Source of the DNA: Bryobacterales bacterium
Lineage (GTDB): Bacteria; Acidobacteriota; Terriglobia; Bryobacterales; UBA6623
NCBI GenBank assembly: GCA_963422375.2
Contig: OY729428.2
Coordinates: 3,328,001-3,392,000, forward strand
Direction: 5' to 3'
DNA length: 64,000 bases
Positions 41,838 to 51,441 of this stretch are shown here, piece after piece. The notes below the pieces were generated by a model. That model did no database searches and had not been told where the DNA came from. It was given only the letters and a program-made list of their open reading frames with translations. Position 1 is the stretch's first letter. The number at the start of each line of letters is the position of its first letter. Both the position numbers and the translations under genes were made by a program.

Positions 41838-42836
41838 TTGCGCCGCCCGACCCATGCGATTCGCGACCTAGCCGGTCGACTGGGCGAGATAGACGGCCTG
41901 CGCGTGGCGGCGGACGTGCCGCTGAGTGCCCACACGCGCTTCGGTATCGGCGGTCCCGCCGACCTGTTCGCGTGGGCCGGGAGCCCGCGCGCTCTCAGCG
42001 AGGCATTCGTCGCAGCGCGCGAGGCGGGCGTGCCGTTCTACCTGCTCGGCGACGGCAGCAACGTCGTCGTCGCCGACGCGGGCTTTCGGGGTCTCGTCGC
42101 ACGGTACACGGGCGACCGGCTGGACCGCCACGACGGCACTGTCGAAGCGCAGGCCGGGGCGAGCCTGCAGGCATTGGTAGACCTGACTCTCGAGCACGGA
42201 CTCAAGGGCTTGCACACTCTGAACCGCATTCCGGGCTCGGTCGGCGGGGCCGTGTACGGCAACGCAGGCGCGTACGGGCACCAGATCGACGAGTTCGTCG
42301 AGCGGGTGGATGTCGTGGACGGCGCGAACCTCCGGTCGATCGGAGCGAGCGACTGCCGGTTCGAGTATCGCGAGTCCGTCTTCAAGAGGCGCAAGGAGTG
42401 GCTGATCGTGAGCGTCCGCCTAGCGCTTCCGGCCGGGGACGCCACGGCACTGAGGCAGCGCGCCGAGGAAATCCGCGCCGTGCGCGACGAGAAGTTCCCG
42501 CCCACGATGCGCTGCGCGGGAAGCATCTTCAAGAACCTGTACCTGCGATCCCTGCCAGCGGAAGCAGCCGCGGTCGTGCCCGAGCGGGCAGTCCGAGGCG
42601 GCAAGGTCGCCTCGGGATTCTTCCTCGAGCAGGTCGGTGCGAAGGGCATTCGCATTGGCGGCATCCGAATCGCGTCCTACCACGCCAACTTGCTGTACAA
42701 CTGCGGAAGCGGCACGGCGTCCGAGATCCGCGTGCTGGCGGAGCTGCTCAAGAGCCGCGTCCGTGATCGATTTGGCTTCGAGGTCGAGGAGGAAGTACAG
42801 TATATTGGATGGGACGGGGAGCAATCGTCTCCGTGA
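41838..42836 (+). CDS. murB: UDP-N-acetylmuramate dehydrogenase
   Basis: HTRFGIGGPAD, GDGSN, IPGSVGGAVYGNAGAYG, AGSIFKN, HAN. Confidence 0.93.
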   Translation: MRRPTHAIRDLAGRLGEIDGLRVAADVPLSAHTRFGIGGPADLFAWAGSPRALSEAFVAAREAGVPFYLLGDGSNVVVADAGFRGLVARYTGDRLDRHDGTVEAQAGASLQALVDLTLEHGLKGLHTLNRIPGSVGGAVYGNAGAYGHQIDEFVERVDVVDGANLRSIGASDCRFEYRESVFKRRKEWLIVSVRLALPAGDATALRQRAEEIRAVRDEKFPPTMRCAGSIFKNLYLRSLPAEAAAVVPERAVRGGKVASGFFLEQVGAKGIRIGGIRIASYHANLLYNCGSGTASEIRVLAELLKSRVRDRFGFEVEEEVQYIGWDGEQSSP

Positions 42837-42981
42837 CATTCGCACACCCAGTGCTACCCACGCAGACGGACCGTTGCGTAGTCACCTACGGAGACCGCCT
42901 GTGGACGGACCTGCGCCTAGGACTATGATCGACCCTTTGCAAATGACGATCTTGTCGAGCCAAGGTCGGCAGTCCGCCACA

Positions 42982-43608
42982 ATGAAGTCTTCCGGACGAT
43001 TGGACGTCATTCCTGACAGTAGAGACCGTCATACATTCAGAAGACGCTCGGTGAGGAGCTTAGTGCTATTCGCCGCGCTGGTTCTGCAAGCGACTCTGAG
43101 TCCACAAGATAGGCTATATAATGAGTGCAGGCCAGTTTTCCTAGATGTAACAGTTTAGGATGGCGAACTCCGCGGACTGGGAAATAGCGGAGAACAGTGG
43201 ACCGCCGACATGAAGTGGATTATCGCCGGTCGACTTCGCTCCACTGGCATCAAATCTGTACTCGATTTCACGGAGTCACATGCATCTTCTGCTGAAGGCT
43301 ACTTGGAGGTCTATATCCAATCCACAGATAATGAGGGAGGCAGCCTACTCGTTTGGGATTTGACCGTGGACTTCTGGGACAAAGCACTGGTTAGAAGGCC
43401 GTTAGGGTTCGGAGATAAATCCTTCACTGCATATGTTACGTTGTGGAGAGAGGGCACATTCGGTGCGTTGACTCGATCTAGCAGGACGGAACGGCTTCGC
43501 GACGGCCGGGATACTGTTCAATCAGCGGTCATGCGAGCCATTGATCAGTTCTCCGCAGCTTACAATCGATCTAACGCATCGTATTGCGATACAATGGAGT
43601 CAGAATGA
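42982..43608 (+). pseudogene. Putative exported hypothetical protein with one in-frame TAG (43156-43158)
   Basis: Signal-like segment SLVLFAALVLQA; frame continues past TAG to TGA 43608; lower GC. Confidence 0.55.
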
Positions 43609-44327
43609 TTTCCCATAGACAAAATAACATTGGTATCGGAGCACCGGTTCTGGCGACTTTCCGCATTGTTACGATTGCCTTGATGGCTCTCGTTCCCATC
43701 GCAGACGCAACCGACTGGACCGACCTGCTACGCAGTGGCCTCGACGACTGGCAGGTCCTAGGCGAGGGGCACTGGATCCAGCGCGGGGACGGCGTCGTGA
43801 TCGCCTACTTCGCGCACGACCGGCAGGACGAACTGAAGGGCGAGGATGACATCCCCCGGAATCGCTTCGTGTGGTGGAGCACGCGCCAGTCGTGGCTCTA
43901 CACGAAGCGGGAATTCGAGGAGTACGACTTGCACCTAGAATTCTGGGTCAGCACTCCCGGCAACAGCGGCGTCTCGATTCGCGACCCGTCGCAGGCGCGC
44001 TGCGGCATCGCCCGGAAGCCCGACTTCAATTGCACTCCGTCGAAGCAGGGCTACGAAATCCAGATCGACAGCAATTACACCGGCAGGTGGCCGACCGGCT
44101 CGATTTACGGGCTCGCTAGGGCGGCCGAGGGTCTCCACGTGCCGGGAGAGTGGAACCGCCTCAACATCGAGTCCCGCTCGGATTCCATCCGGGTCTTCGT
44201 CAACGGCGTTCTCGCATCGGAGCATGCGGGCGATCCCGAACGGCCATCGAAGGGACCTGTGGGCCTGCAGCTCCACGACGTGCATAGCTTCGTCATGTTC
44301 CGCAACATCTGGATCCTCGAGCGTTAG
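43605..44327 (+). CDS. DUF1080 (3-keto-disaccharide hydrolase-like) protein
   Basis: LYT..EF..YDLHLEF, GNSGV, GYEIQI, TGSIY, GEWN, GPVGLQLH, FRNI. Confidence 0.88.
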   Translation: MISHRQNNIGIGAPVLATFRIVTIALMALVPIADATDWTDLLRSGLDDWQVLGEGHWIQRGDGVVIAYFAHDRQDELKGEDDIPRNRFVWWSTRQSWLYTKREFEEYDLHLEFWVSTPGNSGVSIRDPSQARCGIARKPDFNCTPSKQGYEIQIDSNYTGRWPTGSIYGLARAAEGLHVPGEWNRLNIESRSDSIRVFVNGVLASEHAGDPERPSKGPVGLQLHDVHSFVMFRNIWILER

Positions 44328-44845
44328 CCTCCGTCCGCGGTTTCCGGAGTGACCTGAGAGCGGGTCCCGCGCGTATCCGCACGCCTCAGACCAGCGTAGG
44401 TTCGTCGCGCGGAGTCGGCTCGCGTCTCGAGCAACCCTCGCGGTGCGGGCGTATGCGGAGCACGCGACGATCAAGACCGCGCTCTCGACCTCATCCGTGC
44501 GAGAGCCGAGAAGGACAGTCTCCTGGGTCGCCCGAGGGCCAAAGTCGCGCCCGAGCCAAGCTGCAGCGGAACGCCCCTCCGTTTCCGAGAGCGTACGCTA
44601 GCGAGGCGACGCCTCAGGCCGACGAGGGCGGGGCGTACGCGACCGCGACGGCACGCGAGGGAATTCTCCATTGGCCCAACGGCCAGCTCGGCGAACTCGC
44701 GGACGAACCATACGAATAGGGGCCCCTGCATCCGCTGAAGCCCCAGCGCCGTGCCGCGCAAGTATTCTGTGTCATTCTGTGTTCGAGGCTCGTTGTTCTG
44801 CATCACCAACGGCGACCGCCCTTGCCTTGTTGCAAGCAATAGCTA

Positions 44846-45100
44846 GTGCTTGTGACAAAACCCCTGAATTCTGGCCCGATCAGCATTTCATACTACATCC
44901 TGAGGTCGAATGGAGCCGCAAACACAACATATAGCGCCCAAGGTCCGAAGTTGCTCAGCCGCCAATCGCGAAGATTTCCGCCCTCTACCCAGAATCGCCA
45001 GGATTTCGGCCTAGTCGTAGCATTCCAGCGAAATCTTCGCCTTGAGAGATTGCACCTAACGCCTTTTTTGTCAAGGGGATACGAGTTTTGTCACGGGCAC
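44846..45100. mobile_element. 255-bp MITE, copy 1
   Basis: TIR GTGCTTGTGACAAAAC / GTTTTGTCACGGGCAC; TSD TAGCTA (44840-44845, 45101-45106); second copy at 50763. Confidence 0.9.
44890..44937. promoter_or_regulatory. Tandem NrdR-box-like motifs within the MITE (also 50807-50854)
   Basis: ATACTACATCCTGAGG and ACACAACATATAGCGC, 32 bp apart, versus consensus acaCwAtATaTwGtgt. Confidence 0.55.
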
Positions 45101-45105
45101 TAGCT

Positions 45106-45423
45106 ATGGGAGAAACAACAGTGAAGATAACCCTCACGTTGATCGCTGTCCTAGCGGTCATGCAGCCCTGCTCGTACGTGGAGTACTGCGAATTCGCAGG
45201 CTTGACAGGCATGAAGGACCACGGATTCAGGGACGGGGGCGCGGTCGGGTACAACACTACATGCCAAATCCGATTCTCAGTCACGTGCGATCACAAACAC
45301 CCTTCGTACTTGCAGGGGTACAACCGCGGCTACGATTACGGAGCGCGCTTGTGTCACATCGACGGCGGGCCGGACGCGTGGGACGACGGCACCCCAAGCC
45401 GGTGCCCGTCCACCTATCAATAG
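45106..45423 (+). CDS. Small Cys-rich putative secreted protein
   Basis: Hydrophobic N-terminus, 6 Cys, GYNxGYxYG motif; first base of the ATG is the last base of the MITE TSD. Confidence 0.5.
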   Translation: MGETTVKITLTLIAVLAVMQPCSYVEYCEFAGLTGMKDHGFRDGGAVGYNTTCQIRFSVTCDHKHPSYLQGYNRGYDYGARLCHIDGGPDAWDDGTPSRCPSTYQ

Positions 45424-45485
45424 CGGAGGAACATCGTGGGACCCAAGCTTGACTCCGGTGTAAATCTTGCGCTTGGAGGAGCCGA

Positions 45486-47129
45486 CTAGGCACCATCCTT
45501 GGACACGCCCGCGCCGATGTCGACAAAGCGGACCTCCTGTCCCCGGCGAATGCGCGAGTGCTTCCGGAACTCGGGCCTTGGGCTCGGGAAGTCCGTGCGA
45601 TAGTGCCCTCCCCGGCTCTCCTCCCTCGCCAAGGCGCAGCGAGCCACGAGGCGAATCACCTGGTACATGTTGTCCGTCTCGAAACCCGGGCGGCTGCTGC
45701 GGGCGAGGCCCTTCTCAAACAGGGGAGACAGCAGGTCCAGCTGCTCGAGACCGGCCCGAAGGCCCTCCCCCGACCGAGTGATTCCCGCGTGACGCCACGC
45801 GATGTGGCGGAGGGTCGCTATCGCGTTCCCGGGCAGCGCACGCACGGGGCGGCGCCGTCGAACCCTAGGCTCGCGCAGCCGCGTGCCCGCTTCCCGTCGG
45901 ATGCTCTCCCCGGCCTTCGCCCCGAACACCAGCCCCTCCAGCAGCGAGTTGCTCGCGAGGCGGTTCGCGCCATGCACCCCGTTGCAGGCCGCCTCTCCGG
46001 CCGCATACAGGCGGGGCAGCGTCGTGGCTCCGTCGAATCCGGTCAGCACCCCGCCCATCGCGTAGTGGGCCGCGGGATGAACAGGCACGGGCTCGACCTC
46101 AAGGTCCACGCCGAATGCCAGGCAGGTGCGGTAGATGCGGGGGAAGCGCTGACGGACGAATCCGTCCGACAGGTGGGTGAGGTCTAGGTACACGGGGCCC
46201 CTGCGCAAGCGCGCGAGCTCGCTGACGATCGCGCGCGAGACAATATCGCGCGGCGCGAGATCCTCGCTCGGGTGGTAACGCGACATGAACCGCTGCATGT
46301 CTGCGTTCCGCAGGACGGCCCCTTCGCCTCTCAGCGCTTCCGACAGCAGGAACCTAGGCGCGCCTTCCAGGAAGAGCGCGGTCGGATGGAATTGGACCAT
46401 CTCGATATCGGCAATCACGGCGCCTGCGCGGTAGGCCAGCGCCACTCCGTCGCCGGTAGCGACGACTGGGTTGGTGGTCTCGCGGTACAGCCGGCCCAAG
46501 CCCCCCGTCGCGATTAGCACGGCCCTGGCGTACGCCGGAACGAGCGTCCGATCCTCCGCGTTCCAGGCGACCGCCCCGCAGACCTCGCCGTTCTCGACCA
46601 GCAGGTCGACCACCGAGGAGAAGCTGCGGAACGATATGGCTTCGATGGACTGCGCCTTGCGCAGCAGGGTGCGCGCGATCTCCCTTCCCGTGGAATCGCC
46701 GTCCGCGTGGAGGACTCGATTGACACTGTGCGCGCCTTCGATTGAAAACGTCAGCCTGCCGCCATCCGTGTCGAACTCGGCACCCCATTCGATCAGCCGC
46801 TGGATCCGCGTGGGGCCTGCCTCGGCTAAGACGCGCACGGCCTGCGGATTGCAGAGGCCCGCGCCAGCCACGAGCGTGTCCTGCTCGTGCAGGCGAACCT
46901 CGTCCTCGTCACTCAGCGCGACAGCGACCCCGCCTTGGGAATACTCGGTGGCGGATTCGGTCAGGCGATCCTTCGTCAGGACCAGGACGCGTCCGGCGGC
47001 GGCGGCCTCGATCGCCGCGCTCAGACCGGCCACCCCCGCGCCAATTACCAGAAAGTCGGTCTCCACGGGCGCGGGGCTGCGATCCGCCCGCCCCCGCCAC
47101 GGGTGATCCGCCGCGACGGGCCCCGACAC
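45486..47129 (-). CDS. nadB: L-aspartate oxidase
   Basis: IGAGVAGL, SQGG, EGAHS..RVLH, QFHPT, SEALRGEG, AHYAMGG, HGANRLASNSLLE, EESRGGH. Confidence 0.95.
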   Translation of the reverse strand: MSGPVAADHPWRGRADRSPAPVETDFLVIGAGVAGLSAAIEAAAAGRVLVLTKDRLTESATEYSQGGVAVALSDEDEVRLHEQDTLVAGAGLCNPQAVRVLAEAGPTRIQRLIEWGAEFDTDGGRLTFSIEGAHSVNRVLHADGDSTGREIARTLLRKAQSIEAISFRSFSSVVDLLVENGEVCGAVAWNAEDRTLVPAYARAVLIATGGLGRLYRETTNPVVATGDGVALAYRAGAVIADIEMVQFHPTALFLEGAPRFLLSEALRGEGAVLRNADMQRFMSRYHPSEDLAPRDIVSRAIVSELARLRRGPVYLDLTHLSDGFVRQRFPRIYRTCLAFGVDLEVEPVPVHPAAHYAMGGVLTGFDGATTLPRLYAAGEAACNGVHGANRLASNSLLEGLVFGAKAGESIRREAGTRLREPRVRRRRPVRALPGNAIATLRHIAWRHAGITRSGEGLRAGLEQLDLLSPLFEKGLARSSRPGFETDNMYQVIRLVARCALAREESRGGHYRTDFPSPRPEFRKHSRIRRGQEVRFVDIGAGVSKDGA

Positions 47130-47137
47130 AGACGCTC

Positions 47138-48259
47138 ATGGTACAAGAAGGGACTGTGCAGGTGGTGCGCGTCGAGACGAGCGCCGGGGAGTACGACGTC
47201 CGAATCGAAGCCGGCGCGCTGACCCGCACAGGCGATGCCGTTCGCGCCGTCCTAGGGTCACGCAGGCTGTTCGTCGTGGCCGATGCCGCGGTGTGGAGCT
47301 GCCTCGGAGACCGGGTCGCGGAGGGCCTGCGCGGCACCGACTGGACCCTGCTCGCGACACCGCTAGGCGAGCCCCGGAAGCGCCTGTCGACGGTCGAGGA
47401 GCTGTGCTCGGCCATGCACCGGGCCGGGGCGGACCGTCGCAGCGCCGTGGTCGCGTTTGGCGGAGGAGTGGCCGGAGACGTCGGCGGCTTCGTCGCGGCG
47501 AGCTACATGCGGGGCATCGACGTCGTCCAAGTGCCCACGACGCTGCTGGCGCAGGTGGACGCCTCGGTCGGCGGCAAGACGGGAGTCAACCTCGCCAACG
47601 GCAAGAACCTCGTCGGGGCATTCCACCAGCCGAGTCTGGTCGTGATCGACCCGGAGTCCCTGAACACGCTTCCGGAGCGCGAGTATCTAGCCGGCGTGCA
47701 GGAGGTGGTGAAGCACGGCGTAATCCGCAGCGAGGAGCTGTTCGCATTCATGGAAGGCGAGCGCAAGGCGGTCCTGCGGCGCGAGCGCTCGGCGGTCGAG
47801 TTCATGATCGAGGCCTCGGTGCGAATCAAGGCGGCTGTTGTGCGCTCCGACGAGCGCGAGAGCGGCCTGCGACGCGTGCTGAACTTCGGGCACACGCTGG
47901 GACACGCTCTCGAGGCCGAGACGGAATACAGCGTCCTGCTGCACGGCGAGGCCGTGGCGTTCGGAATGATCGCCGCCGCCCGCCTCTCGGAGCTGCGCGG
48001 TCGGCTCCGCCGGTCCGACCGGGAGCGCATCGAGAGTGTCGTGCTGTCATACGCCGCCCTACCCCACCTCGGCAGCCTGTCCGCTCGCCGCGTCGCCGCA
48101 CGCATCGCCGGCGACAAGAAGTCGGTCGGCGGGCGGGCCCGGTTCGTGCTGGCCGACGGCATCGGAAGGGTGAGCGAGGAGCTGGATCCTCCTGCGGAGC
48201 TGGTGATCGAGGCAACCGAGCACGCGGTCCGGACGTGCCGCGCGACGGCGCCCGTGTAG
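47138..48259 (+). CDS. aroB: 3-dehydroquinate synthase
   Basis: GGGVAGDVGGF.AASYMRG, PTTLLAQVDASVGGKTGVN, LNFGHTLGHALE, HGEAV. Confidence 0.95.
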   Translation: MVQEGTVQVVRVETSAGEYDVRIEAGALTRTGDAVRAVLGSRRLFVVADAAVWSCLGDRVAEGLRGTDWTLLATPLGEPRKRLSTVEELCSAMHRAGADRRSAVVAFGGGVAGDVGGFVAASYMRGIDVVQVPTTLLAQVDASVGGKTGVNLANGKNLVGAFHQPSLVVIDPESLNTLPEREYLAGVQEVVKHGVIRSEELFAFMEGERKAVLRRERSAVEFMIEASVRIKAAVVRSDERESGLRRVLNFGHTLGHALEAETEYSVLLHGEAVAFGMIAAARLSELRGRLRRSDRERIESVVLSYAALPHLGSLSARRVAARIAGDKKSVGGRARFVLADGIGRVSEELDPPAELVIEATEHAVRTCRATAPV

Positions 48260-48262
48260 ACC

Positions 48263-49039
48263 GTGGAGGCCGACCTGACGGCGCGAGGCGCCGAGCCCGC
48301 GGGAGTGGAGGCGGGAAACGAATCGGCGGCTGGCCGCGCGGTCCGGGAAATGTTCGCTCGCGTTGCTCCGCGCTACGACCTGCTCAATCACCTTCTCTCC
48401 GGCCAGGTCGACCGCTACTGGCGGTGGAGGCTGGTGCGAGCGGTGCGTCCCGTTCTGAGCAAGCCCGGCGTCAGGATCGCCGACGTTTGCTGCGGAACGG
48501 CCGACTTGGCCATCTCCCTGGCTAGGCAGCACGGTCGGCTCCTCGGTGACGCAGCATTGCCTGTCGTCGCAATGGACTTCTGCCGCCCCATGCTCAGCCG
48601 CGCGGCAAAGAAGGCGCGAAACTCAGGACTACTCGTCCCTCTCGTCGAGGCCGACGCCTCGAGAATGCCGCTGCCCGACCGCTGCTTGGACTTAATCGCA
48701 ATCGCGTACGGATTCCGGAACCTAGCCAGCTACCGAGGCGGCGCGAAGGAATTCGCCCGCCTGCTGGCGCCCGGCGGCTGCCTAGCCATTCTCGAGTTCT
48801 CGGAACCGACGTCCCGAGTCTGGGGAATGCTCTTCAACGCGTATTTCCGGCACCTGCTGCCACGGCTTGGCAACGTGATCTCCGGAAGCGGCGGGGCGTA
48901 TTCGTACCTGCTGGATTCCGTGCAGCGGTTCCCCCCGCCCGACGAGATTTGCCGCCTGCTGCTCGACGCGGGCTTCGCACGCGTGGAAACACTCTCCCTC
49001 ACCGGCGGCGTCAGCATGCTGTATCTTGCTTACTTATAG
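48263..49039 (+). CDS. ubiE: Ubiquinone/menaquinone biosynthesis C-methyltransferase
   Basis: VREMF..VAPRYDLLNHLLS, DVCCGTADL, YGFRN, ILEFS, AYSYL.DSV. Confidence 0.9.
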   Translation: MEADLTARGAEPAGVEAGNESAAGRAVREMFARVAPRYDLLNHLLSGQVDRYWRWRLVRAVRPVLSKPGVRIADVCCGTADLAISLARQHGRLLGDAALPVVAMDFCRPMLSRAAKKARNSGLLVPLVEADASRMPLPDRCLDLIAIAYGFRNLASYRGGAKEFARLLAPGGCLAILEFSEPTSRVWGMLFNAYFRHLLPRLGNVISGSGGAYSYLLDSVQRFPPPDEICRLLLDAGFARVETLSLTGGVSMLYLAYL

Positions 49040-49090
49040 GCGCGAGCGCCTTCGGGCCGCCCCCGCGCACGCCACCGGGAGGTGCGATTG

Positions 49091-49777
49091 ATGGACGAGA
49101 AGTTGACGGATTCCGAGTGGTTCTTCTGGGTACGGCTTGGCATCAAGGTCGCCGTGGTATTCGGCGCGCTTTACGTCGGCTACCACTTCTACGAGCGCAA
49201 CCGCATCGCCAGCATGGGTCACGAGCCGCAGGTAAAGAAGGTCAAGCTGCCCGAGGACGTGTTCGCATTCGTGCCGAAGTCGTACGCCACCGATCTCGAG
49301 TCAGCCCGGCGCAAGCTCGTGGGCAAGCCGCTGTGGGTCAAGGAGGGCTACCGCTGGAGCTACCAGCCGGGCAACCGCCTGTTCCGGCCGATCGAGAGAA
49401 TCGTCCCGACCGCATTCGAGGTGCGCGGAGGCGACGCCGTGGTGATCTTCAAGAAAGACGGGAGGGAAGCTACGTTCGCGATCGGCTCGCCGGAGCGGTT
49501 GTACGTTGACGAGATATTCTTCGTGAAGGCCCCCCGCGAGATATACAGCCACTGGACCGAGAGCATGTGGGACGCGGCCAAGAGCGGCCAAGTGGCACTC
49601 GGCATGACGGAAATCCAAGTGGGGTTCGCTCTCGGCGTCGGGGAGGTGGCCCGCCAGTCTCCGGGAGGAGCCACCCGGATCGTGGACTACAGGCAGTGTC
49701 GAGAGGCCGGTTTGCAGCCGGTCCGCGTCACGTACCGACACCATGTCGCCACCGCCATCGAGCCACTAGCCCTATAG
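49091..49777 (+). CDS. Hypothetical membrane-anchored protein
   Basis: N-terminal TM, C-terminal GMTE.QV..ALG motif; host-like codons. Confidence 0.7.
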   Translation: MDEKLTDSEWFFWVRLGIKVAVVFGALYVGYHFYERNRIASMGHEPQVKKVKLPEDVFAFVPKSYATDLESARRKLVGKPLWVKEGYRWSYQPGNRLFRPIERIVPTAFEVRGGDAVVIFKKDGREATFAIGSPERLYVDEIFFVKAPREIYSHWTESMWDAAKSGQVALGMTEIQVGFALGVGEVARQSPGGATRIVDYRQCREAGLQPVRVTYRHHVATAIEPLAL

Positions 49778-50762
49778 ACCCCTCCTAGGCAAGTCGGCCG
49801 GCTCTGCCTGGGAGACAATTCCGCTTGGCAGGCCGCCATGACCGGCATCGAAGGGATACTTCGGCGCCATGACAGACGGAGCGGATTGCTTCGAACCGAC
49901 CTCATTTGCCGGTACGCGACCGTCTGCCGTTCGCTTGAAGTGCGGCTTGGACGGACAACCGCCCGCTGGCGGTGTGCAGTGGGCTCTCCTTGGTCGGACG
50001 CTGGAAGCCATCACAGCTCGTCTCGCATGCAATCGGTCCAAGTTGATTCTTGGCAGGTGTCGCTTGATGAGGAGCGCAATTCTGGGTATCGAGAGCAGAT
50101 CCTTCGCTGCTCTGGCCCGGCATTCTACGCAGTAACGGCCGCCGCTTGCGCGAGAATCTCCGACACGTCGGTCGCCTAGGACGGGTGCCATCCAAGACAA
50201 GGCACTGTGCTTGCATGACGGAAACAAATGTCGCGAGCCGAGGTCTCTCTGCAGCCAGCGAACGAAGTCACGGGCACGGAAGCAGACAAGTGCAAGTCAC
50301 GATCGGAATGCATCCACGCGGTCGCTCGGAGAGGCTCTCGCCGTGTCCTTCAGGCCGACAGGATCGGACGATGCCAACGGTCGCAATCCCTGACCCCGCA
50401 TCTACAATGCCCGCATTCCAAGAGCTGGCGGTCAGTTCGGAGTGCATCTGGTTGCCCACGGCAGGCCCGAAGCGCTCTCGTCACCCGCACAAGAGAGCAA
50501 TCGACGGTCCGGGCTACGATTGTTCCGAAACTTGCCCTGCTGACCAGTGCCGATGGGGCGCTCGATTGCGAACCCCCGAGAAGAGACTCGCAACACGCAT
50601 CTAACCCTTCTCCTCGACTGCTATGGCGGCATCTCGCCAGCTGCCGAACGGCGGTCGTCTACCGAGGCGATTGACATCACCGTAATCCACGATGCGACCG
50701 CCGGGCCGATTCCGATTCTCCTCGGGGCCAAGATCGGACCCTCTTTCGAAGGGAATTATATA

Positions 50763-51017
50763 GTGCTTGTGACAAAACCCCTGAATTCTGGCCCGATCAG
50801 GATTTCATACTACATCCTGAAGTCGGATGGATCTCCAAACACAACATATAGGGCCCAAGGTCGGAAGTTGCTCAGACGCCAATCGCGAAGATTTCCGCGC
50901 TCTACCCAGAATCGCCAGGATTTCGGATTAGTCGTAGCATTCCAGCGAAATCTTCGTTTTGAGAGATTGGACCTAACGCCTTTGTTGTCAAGGGGATACG
51001 AGTTTTGTCACGGGCAC
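50763..51017. mobile_element. 255-bp MITE, copy 2
   Basis: About 16 substitutions and no indels versus copy 1 (hand alignment); TSD TATATA. Confidence 0.9.
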
Positions 51018-51441
51018 TATATATCTGAGTGCCAACAACGCCATGGTCCGACTAGAACTGCTGTGAGCAGGGAGGTGGGTGTCGAGCTGGGGTCATTCGA
51101 GTGCGGCCGCGGCGGGCACAGAGGGGTGGGGTGTGGGATCGTATCTGAATCGAGCCTGCCAGCGGATTGGACGAGGAAGGGACTAGAGAGGCCGCCTCGC
51201 ATGCCCCGGTGGAACCCGGTTGGCGGTGGCAGGGCACGCCTTGCAAGCCGCTTGCAGGCCCTGCGAGGGCCGAAGACAGCGGATCCCCGGCGCTCGACGG
51301 CCTGCATGGACGGTCCGGGCCGGACCGGGGTCGCGCCGGGGCATGCCGGATCCGGTGCGCCCCTCGTACCGAGCGTGCAGCCCACCGAGCGTGAAGCGCG
51401 CGCCCGCAGCGGGCTGCCGCGCTCAGCGCGGCGGGCGCCGC

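Noticed and set aside
43156..43158. Amber read-through (pyrrolysine)
   Set aside because: TAG is the main stop codon here and no pyl genes are in the window
50068..50079. TGAGGAGCGCAA matching the IS630 TIR
   Set aside because: 12-bp match only, lacking the TA-C terminus and a partner end
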